Shown here: in pieces, positions 58,170 to 64,000 of the stretch
Layout: each line of letters opens with the position of its first letter
How positions within the stretch are numbered: the stretch's first letter is position 1
Source of the DNA: a virus
Lineage: Duplodnaviria; Caudoviricetes
IMG/VR virus record: IMGVR_UViG_3300021254_000029
Location: 32,460 to 96,459 of that record
DNA length: 64,000 bases
Direction: 5' to 3' (one strand)
Program-made: the position numbers and the translations under genes
Notes under the pieces: model-generated
Databases searched by the model: none
Told to the model about the DNA's origin: nothing
The model's input: only the letters and a program-made list of their open reading frames with translations

Positions 58170-58883
58170 ATGGCAGAAGAAACAACAACCATATCGCAGA
58201 AGCTGATGACGGGCGCACTGATGCACTTCGAGCGGGGGGTGCCGATTACCGACCTCGACCTGCGGCGCGAGCACAAGGAACGCCTCGCACGGGTGCAGCA
58301 CGTGTATTGGCAATGGGTGAAGAACCCGATTACGCTTGACCCCTTCGCCATGTTCAAGCAACTGGTGAAAGGCCTGGGTGCTGATATTTACTCCGAGTGG
58401 CGCATGGCGCAGAAGGACAAGTTCTTGTTCGACTTCGTGGTGGAGCACATCGCGCCGCCGAGCCGCCGCATGGACGAGGCGAAGGTACGTGCTGCTGCGG
58501 ACAAGATGATGAAGATAGGTATGGAGACGGACAACGTGAACGCACTCGACAAAGGCTCGAAACGCCTCATGGAGGTGGCACAGCTGGATAAGCCGGAGGA
58601 TGCACGGACCGACATGTCGAAGGTGGCGTTCCTGCCGACTGTGGTGGTGACGGACATCCGCGAGGTGGACGACACCAAGGAGAATATCGACGACGAGGAG
58701 ACAAAGAGAATCATCGCACAGTACGACGCTTTCGTGGATGAGAAGCACCAGGCTATCGACGACAAGGTGGCGGCGATGGAGGCACGAAGTGCGGCCATGA
58801 GCATGATGGAACCCGAACCGCCACGGAAGGAGAACGTGAATGTCATCAAGACAGAAAAGGAGGAAGAGTCATGTCAAGAATAG
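58170..58883 (+). CDS. Putative terminase small subunit
   Basis: Helical ORF overlapping the terL start. Confidence 0.6.
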   Translation: MAEETTTISQKLMTGALMHFERGVPITDLDLRREHKERLARVQHVYWQWVKNPITLDPFAMFKQLVKGLGADIYSEWRMAQKDKFLFDFVVEHIAPPSRRMDEAKVRAAADKMMKIGMETDNVNALDKGSKRLMEVAQLDKPEDARTDMSKVAFLPTVVVTDIREVDDTKENIDDEETKRIIAQYDAFVDEKHQAIDDKVAAMEARSAAMSMMEPEPPRKENVNVIKTEKEEESCQE

Positions 58884-60814
58884 GCACCAACCCCAATATC
58901 AGCAGCGACTCCTTAGAGGCGAAGATGCTGCCCGACGTGGAGGATCCGCGCACGGGCGACGGCATGACGGCAGTGGATTATGCCCACGACGGTGTACACA
59001 AGGTGTATCTGAACCGCTGGCAGAAGGAGGTGCGCAACTTTGGCTCGCGCACCACCTACGTCCGTGCCGGTCGTGGTACGGGCAAGACCTCGTACATCGG
59101 CGTTCACATGGTGGACGTGACTATCGGTCTGCCCCGTCAGATGGGCGGTTTCGTGGGTGCCAGTGCCAAGCAACTCTACACACGCACGATGCCAAACGCC
59201 CTGAAGGTGGTGAACACGCTGGGTTTCGAGAACTTCTACTTTCTCGGACAGGCACCGCCAAAACTCCGTTGGGACTATCCGCTGGCCAAGCCCCGCTCGT
59301 GGGAGAACATCGTGCATTTCGCCAACGGCTTCTGCTGGCAGATGATCAGCCTGTGCGTCAAGGGTAGTGCCAACGGCCTGAACCTCGCCGCACTCATCGG
59401 TGACGAAACGAAGTACCTGCCGTGGCAGCGCGTGAAGGAAGAAGTGCTGCCCACCCTGCGCGGCGACTTCATGCCGCCCTCTGCCCGCAAGATAGAGAAG
59501 AAGGCGTGGGGTAGGGGGACTGACCCGAAAATCAACAACCACTGGCTCTCGCAACTCTGGGTGAGCGATGCCGGACTGACCCAGCAGCAATGCCAGTGGG
59601 AGAGGGAGAAGGACTCGGAGAGCCACGAGGTGAACGACCAGATAGCCACGATGATGGCCGAACTGAAATACTTGGAGAAGCACAGCCCACGCGCCGCCGC
59701 CGCCTTGGCACAGAACGATAACTATCTGCGCAAACTGCACCGTCTGCGTACCGACAGCACCTGCTTCTGGAACTTCTCCAGCGTGGAGAACCTGAGTATG
59801 CTCGGAGCCGCCTGGCTCAGGGATATGCAACGACAGATGCCGCCCCTGCTCTTCAACCTCATGGTGCTGGGCGTACCGCGTGGCGGTTCGCGCGACGGCT
59901 TCTACGGCAACCTCGACATCGAGAGCGTACACGGCTACACCGAGGAACAATACAGCCGCGAGTACAGCGACAGTTACTCCATGCTGGCCGACAAACTCAC
60001 GGTGAAGAAGAAAGGCACGGCACTGGACGTGCAACGCTACCCCACACGCTACGAGACCGAAACACTCGACATCGACGAACTGGGACGCATCGGCGAGGAA
60101 GACAACTGCGAGTACGACATGGACCTGGACTGGAACAGTCCCCTGCTCATCGCCTTCGATGCCAATGCCAACATCTCGTGCATGGTGGTGGGGCAGTTGC
60201 GCGGCGAAGAACTGCTCATACAGCGTTCGCTCTTCGTGATGAACGAGCGGAAACTGCGCTCGCTGTGCCGTCAGGAGTTCGGGCGCATCTACAAGCCCTT
60301 CCTCCGCAAGGGCTGCGGCGAAGTGGTGCTCTACTTCACCGCCACCGTCAAGCAGGGAGCCAGCACCGCCTACGCCGTGGAGGGAGCCGACGACAACCGC
60401 TTCGACCGCGTAGTGGTGCAGGAACTCTCGGACATAGGCTTCAAGGTGACGGCCATCGACACGGGCGCACCGCTGCTCCATGCCGTGAAGTACCAACTCA
60501 TGTCCGACCTCATGTCTGGCGTACAGATGCCAAGACTGCGCATCTGCACCGACCCTGGACGCAACACCTACCTCATTCCTGCGCTGGAGAACACAGCCCT
60601 CGTGCCCGGCACCTTCCGCAAGGATAAGTCGAAAGAGAAACTGAAAGCTACCGACGAGGAGAGCATGGGTGGCGACCCCCGCACCCGCACCGACATCACC
60701 GATGCCTTCGACGACCTCGTGATAGGCGTGAAGTACCACGGCGTGACAGGACAGAAGAAAATCGGCGGACGACTGAGAGGACGGTTTGGGAACTTGGCGG
60801 GAATACCGAGGTGA
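58871..60814 (+). CDS. terL: Terminase large subunit
   Basis: AGRGTGKT Walker A, LIGDETKY Walker B, IAFDANAN and TDITDAFD nuclease motifs. Confidence 0.9.
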   Translation: MSRIGTNPNISSDSLEAKMLPDVEDPRTGDGMTAVDYAHDGVHKVYLNRWQKEVRNFGSRTTYVRAGRGTGKTSYIGVHMVDVTIGLPRQMGGFVGASAKQLYTRTMPNALKVVNTLGFENFYFLGQAPPKLRWDYPLAKPRSWENIVHFANGFCWQMISLCVKGSANGLNLAALIGDETKYLPWQRVKEEVLPTLRGDFMPPSARKIEKKAWGRGTDPKINNHWLSQLWVSDAGLTQQQCQWEREKDSESHEVNDQIATMMAELKYLEKHSPRAAAALAQNDNYLRKLHRLRTDSTCFWNFSSVENLSMLGAAWLRDMQRQMPPLLFNLMVLGVPRGGSRDGFYGNLDIESVHGYTEEQYSREYSDSYSMLADKLTVKKKGTALDVQRYPTRYETETLDIDELGRIGEEDNCEYDMDLDWNSPLLIAFDANANISCMVVGQLRGEELLIQRSLFVMNERKLRSLCRQEFGRIYKPFLRKGCGEVVLYFTATVKQGASTAYAVEGADDNRFDRVVVQELSDIGFKVTAIDTGAPLLHAVKYQLMSDLMSGVQMPRLRICTDPGRNTYLIPALENTALVPGTFRKDKSKEKLKATDEESMGGDPRTRTDITDAFDDLVIGVKYHGVTGQKKIGGRLRGRFGNLAGIPR

Positions 60815-61006
60815 ACAACGAATTAAACGAATTGTACGAATTAAGACTTCTGCAGTTTCTGCGATTTCTGCGCGACAAGAGTAAAACTAAATCAGATATT
60901 AAGCAGTTCCGAACAGGCTTATTTCTCCGCTAAAATTTAATTTAAGCAGAAAACCTACAAAATCGGGGCTTAAATTTTCAGAAAAATCAATTTAAGGATA
61001 AAAACT

Positions 61007-61477
61007 ATGGTACGACCCAAAGACTACAAACAGCATTTCATCAGTCAGGTGGTGAAGCGGAGCGGTATTGCCAGGGCTACGGTGGAGCAGGTGCTGCCCG
61101 CCGTGTTCGATGAGTTGCGCTATCAGCTCAGCGAGGGTGCCAGGTGTGTGCCCATCGAATCGTTCGGCACCTTCGCCGTTGTGGATATACCCGAGCGAAC
61201 TTACCACTACACCTACGGCGGACGCAACGAGGACCGCACCATCGCGCCCACGCAACGTCTGAAGTTCGCACCCACGAAAAATATGCGCCAGGAAATCCTC
61301 ACGCACACCTTCGACCCCTCGCGCCGCAGTTTCACGCATAACCCCAAGGACCCGCCCATCCGCACGCGGAAAGACCTCGTGTATGACAACAGCCGCAAGG
61401 TATTCTATCGGGAACCGGTAGCCTCTCCCCAACCCCTCCCCAAGAGGGAGGGGAGTAGTTACCTTCTTTGCCCTTGA
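61007..61477 (+). CDS. HU/IHF-like DNA-binding protein
   Basis: FISQVVKRSGI...VPIESFGTF...RLKFAP. Confidence 0.75.
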   Translation: MVRPKDYKQHFISQVVKRSGIARATVEQVLPAVFDELRYQLSEGARCVPIESFGTFAVVDIPERTYHYTYGGRNEDRTIAPTQRLKFAPTKNMRQEILTHTFDPSRRSFTHNPKDPPIRTRKDLVYDNSRKVFYREPVASPQPLPKREGSSYLLCP

Positions 61478-61527
61478 TTTTGCACTTATTCACACCTATC
61501 TTGCAGACAAAAACACAGACACACGAT

Positions 61528-63345
61528 ATGGCTAAGAACAAGAACGGCGGCGGCATACCCGTACATCGTCCAAAGGACATGAAGGAGTTCCGTGAACTCA
61601 ATCAGTCGCTCAACCAAAGGCGGTACATCGCCATCGACGCACTGCGACCGGGGCTGCTGCACAGCATTACGCTGGGCGACCGCGACACGTCGGAGACACA
61701 GGCACAGGACATGGCAACGTGTATGGGTGGCAGGGGCACCATCAGCAACGGCCCCCTGGCAAAGGTGGCATGGAGTTTTGACAGCAGCGAGAAAACGCCG
61801 ACCGCCATCAGCAAGGACGGCAAACCGCTGGGACGCGGGTATATCAAGTGGGGCGCGGGCGACAACCTGCCCTCGCAGATTTATGCGCTCTCGAAGGCAC
61901 TGCCCTACACGGCGGCTCCGCTCCGCTACCTCTCCGACCTCGCCACGGGACTGGGCGTGCGGATGATGTATCAATTCGAGGACGACACGATGTGTCTCTA
62001 CGAACATGCCGGCTACCGCATCCTGCAACGTATAGAGGCACTGAAGAAGGACGAGCCGCAGGACACCTACGGCGGCGACTTCGCCAAGGATCCCGATACG
62101 CAGCGCATCGTGCCTATCGGCGAACTGGACAAGGAGAAACGTCCCGACCCGCTGCTGCGTGGCATAGGCATCGACTATTGGCGCGATGCCTACCGCGAAT
62201 GGCAGCGCACATGGGAGGGTGAGGACACCACCTACGCCGACGGCACGCCGCGACACATACCCGGACTGCGCGAGTTCCTGGAGAATAACGACCTCGACCT
62301 GAACTTCCTGCAGTGCATGAAGGAAGACCAGATGTTCGACCTCTACTTCCCCACTGTTGGCTTCGAGCGTGGACGGCGCGGACAGTGGGACCCCCGCATC
62401 GTGCGCATCGGTTTCCTCAGCATCGTGCATGGCGGCATACGCTATGAGGTGATGAACGAGTACCGGCACATTCAGAATATCTACTTCGGCGAGAAGTTCC
62501 GTGGCAACACCCTGACGGAGGGACACACCCTGAGCGGAAAGGACGAGGATGTGGTGATGTACCCCGTGGCGGAAGCGACGCGCCGACTGGAGGAGTGGCG
62601 CTATCAGGTGGAATCGAACCAGCGCACACGCATCAAGGACCGCCCCGTGTGGGTGACATGCCCCATCTACTACGGCACACAAAATTACTACCAGCAGCCC
62701 GACTGGTGGAGCATCATCCTCTCCAAGGCTTACGATTTTTCTTCTACCATCCTTTTTGACAAGGCCAAGCAGCGTGAGAACTCAACTTCGTGGTCAAAAA
62801 TTCTCTACATCAGTCTTGATTACCTTAATATGATCTTCAACGACCTCGGCATAGCCGGCGATATGGAGAAGCAGCAGAAGTTCATCGACGAACTGGACCA
62901 GAACGTAGAGCAGTTCATACAGCAGCGCGAGAACAACGGTAAGATGATGCGGCAATTCATGTGGCTGGGTCAGGACGAAAAGGAACACCACAACATCGAA
63001 ATTGTGGATATAGCGCAGACGAAGAGCGACGTAGCCAAGGCCGGCAAGGAGGAGCTGGAACTTTCCACCTCGCCCATCTTCCTCGCCTTCGGTGTTGATC
63101 CCCGCGACATCGGTGTGCCGATGGTCAGTGCCTCAAACGGCGGTACGGCACTCCGCGAGATACGCCTGATGAAGCAGCAGCTGCTCAATGTGCGCCAACG
63201 TGCCTACCTCCGCTTCCTCCGCGATGTCTGCACGTTCAACCGCTACGACCGCCATTGCCGCCCCGTGGTGATGCAACAGACGTTCACGACGCTGGACGCC
63301 TCGAAAACGGGGACGAAGGAAACCGTGGCCGGAGAGGGCGCGTGA
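61528..63345 (+). CDS. Portal protein
   Basis: Follows terL; YIKWGAGDNLP, YYQQPDW, IFLAFGVDP, GGTALRE motifs of Bacteroidetes phage portals. Confidence 0.85.
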   Translation: MAKNKNGGGIPVHRPKDMKEFRELNQSLNQRRYIAIDALRPGLLHSITLGDRDTSETQAQDMATCMGGRGTISNGPLAKVAWSFDSSEKTPTAISKDGKPLGRGYIKWGAGDNLPSQIYALSKALPYTAAPLRYLSDLATGLGVRMMYQFEDDTMCLYEHAGYRILQRIEALKKDEPQDTYGGDFAKDPDTQRIVPIGELDKEKRPDPLLRGIGIDYWRDAYREWQRTWEGEDTTYADGTPRHIPGLREFLENNDLDLNFLQCMKEDQMFDLYFPTVGFERGRRGQWDPRIVRIGFLSIVHGGIRYEVMNEYRHIQNIYFGEKFRGNTLTEGHTLSGKDEDVVMYPVAEATRRLEEWRYQVESNQRTRIKDRPVWVTCPIYYGTQNYYQQPDWWSIILSKAYDFSSTILFDKAKQRENSTSWSKILYISLDYLNMIFNDLGIAGDMEKQQKFIDELDQNVEQFIQQRENNGKMMRQFMWLGQDEKEHHNIEIVDIAQTKSDVAKAGKEELELSTSPIFLAFGVDPRDIGVPMVSASNGGTALREIRLMKQQLLNVRQRAYLRFLRDVCTFNRYDRHCRPVVMQQTFTTLDASKTGTKETVAGEGA

Positions 63346-63391
63346 CCATTTTGAGGGCGCCATCGAAATGGTAGTGAAAAGTGAGAAATAC

Positions 63392-63434
63392 AAACCGGCG
63401 ACGAGGTGAGAGCCTTGCCGCCGGTTTGGTTTTT
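63392..63434. terminator. Hairpin terminator between convergent genes
   Basis: AAACCGGCG...CGCCGGTTT followed by GGTTTTT. Confidence 0.6.
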
Positions 63435-63445
63435 ACAGGAATGCC

Positions 63446-63568
63446 TTAACACTCACAGACGATGGCGAGTTGGCCGCAAGCGGCACCACTCTCAATCTCT
63501 GCCTTGGTTGCGATGGCCACGGCATAGTCGTAGCCCATGCTCTCAAGAGCCTGTTTGATTGCTTCCAT
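63446..63568 (-). CDS. 40-aa peptide with Cys-rich C-terminus
   Basis: MEAIKQALESMGYDYAVAIATKAEIESGAACGQLAIVCEC preceded by AAAGGAGGT. Confidence 0.55.
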   Translation of the reverse strand: MEAIKQALESMGYDYAVAIATKAEIESGAACGQLAIVCEC

Positions 63569-64000
63569 TGTTTACCTCCTTTCTGTCTTTAAGAATCCAT
63601 ACTGACACATCTTTCAGTCCGTCGTTGGATTGGTGGCAGCACACGAAGCCTTCCTCACGCATGATGGTGAAGTAGTCTCTCCAGCGGGGCGAGATGTATA
63701 TATTCTGCTCATTGTTTACAAATCTGTACCAAACGCGGTCGAGGAAGACGTTGGCGGCAAAGTGGGCAGCGTCGCAGTCTTTGACGACAACCTTACCGCC
63801 CATCTTCATAAATCTGCGAAGACAGCGCACCGTGCGCCTGATGTCGGGCAGATGGTGAATGACGTTGCTCACGTTGAACACGTCCACCGTGTGAGGCTCC
63901 AGCCCGATAATGCTGTCTCGTCCGTCGTATTGGCAGTCGAGCGTCGGGCTGGTGGTCACGTCACATTTCTTGTAACCCGGCAGCGGATTAACCGCATCCG
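63543..64000 (-). CDS. Class I SAM-dependent methyltransferase, partial (5' end off the edge)
   Basis: DVFNVSNVIHHLPD...RRFMKMGGKVVVKD; a GCG-like motif at the edge is in another frame. Confidence 0.7.
   Translation of the reverse strand, partial: DAVNPLPGYKKCDVTTSPTLDCQYDGRDSIIGLEPHTVDVFNVSNVIHHLPDIRRTVRCLRRFMKMGGKVVVKDCDAAHFAANVFLDRVWYRFVNNEQNIYISPRWRDYFTIMREEGFVCCHQSNDGLKDVSVWILKDRKEVNNGSNQTGS

Noticed and set aside
5375-62682. Long antisense ORFs in the track (e.g. 5375-6391, 11531-12688, 43699-45039, 57198-58748, 58913-60739, 61486-62682)
   Set aside because: Shadows of GC-rich real genes on the other strand; no motifs
1-64000. Integrase/att, reverse transcriptase (DGR/retron), cas genes, protelomerase site
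   Set aside because: No recognisable motifs or long perfect palindrome seen in this window; they may lie outside it

Overview
A 64 kb segment of a large temperate Bacteroidales (Prevotella-like) tailed phage that appears to be a phage-plasmid. The host assignment rests on TAnnTTTG/-33 TTTG promoters, DUF4494, HU-like and portal families, and Prevotella-style short repeats. Layout: (i) 1-14 kb, leftward replication/middle genes (beta clamp, CHC2-Toprim-helicase, SPFH, tRNA genes); (ii) a cro/repressor-like switch at 14 kb; (iii) 15-38.6 kb, a leftward early/anti-defence region (solo TnpB, acidic small ORFs, HTH, DUF4942-type methyltransferase, NAD ligase, second clamp-like protein, MutS-I, DUF932-like, LPD11-like); (iv) 39-49 kb, a plasmid module (Rep, iterons, ParA plus partner, centromere-like repeats); (v) 49-63 kb, rightward genes (2 tRNA-Gln, homopolymer-frameshifted methyltransferases, amidase, PAPS reductase, terminases, portal). 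The two standout non-coding features are: a ~150-nt promoter-to-terminator sRNA at 19471-19623 stringing together a type I-C-like repeat, a Cas12a (V-A) repeat and a second class-1-like repeat, a candidate multi-system RNA anti-CRISPR; and a ~410-nt closed RNA at 10972-11384 holding two circularly permuted tRNA modules, one of which reassembles into a complete tRNA-His. All family calls come from motif recognition by eye; no searches were run.
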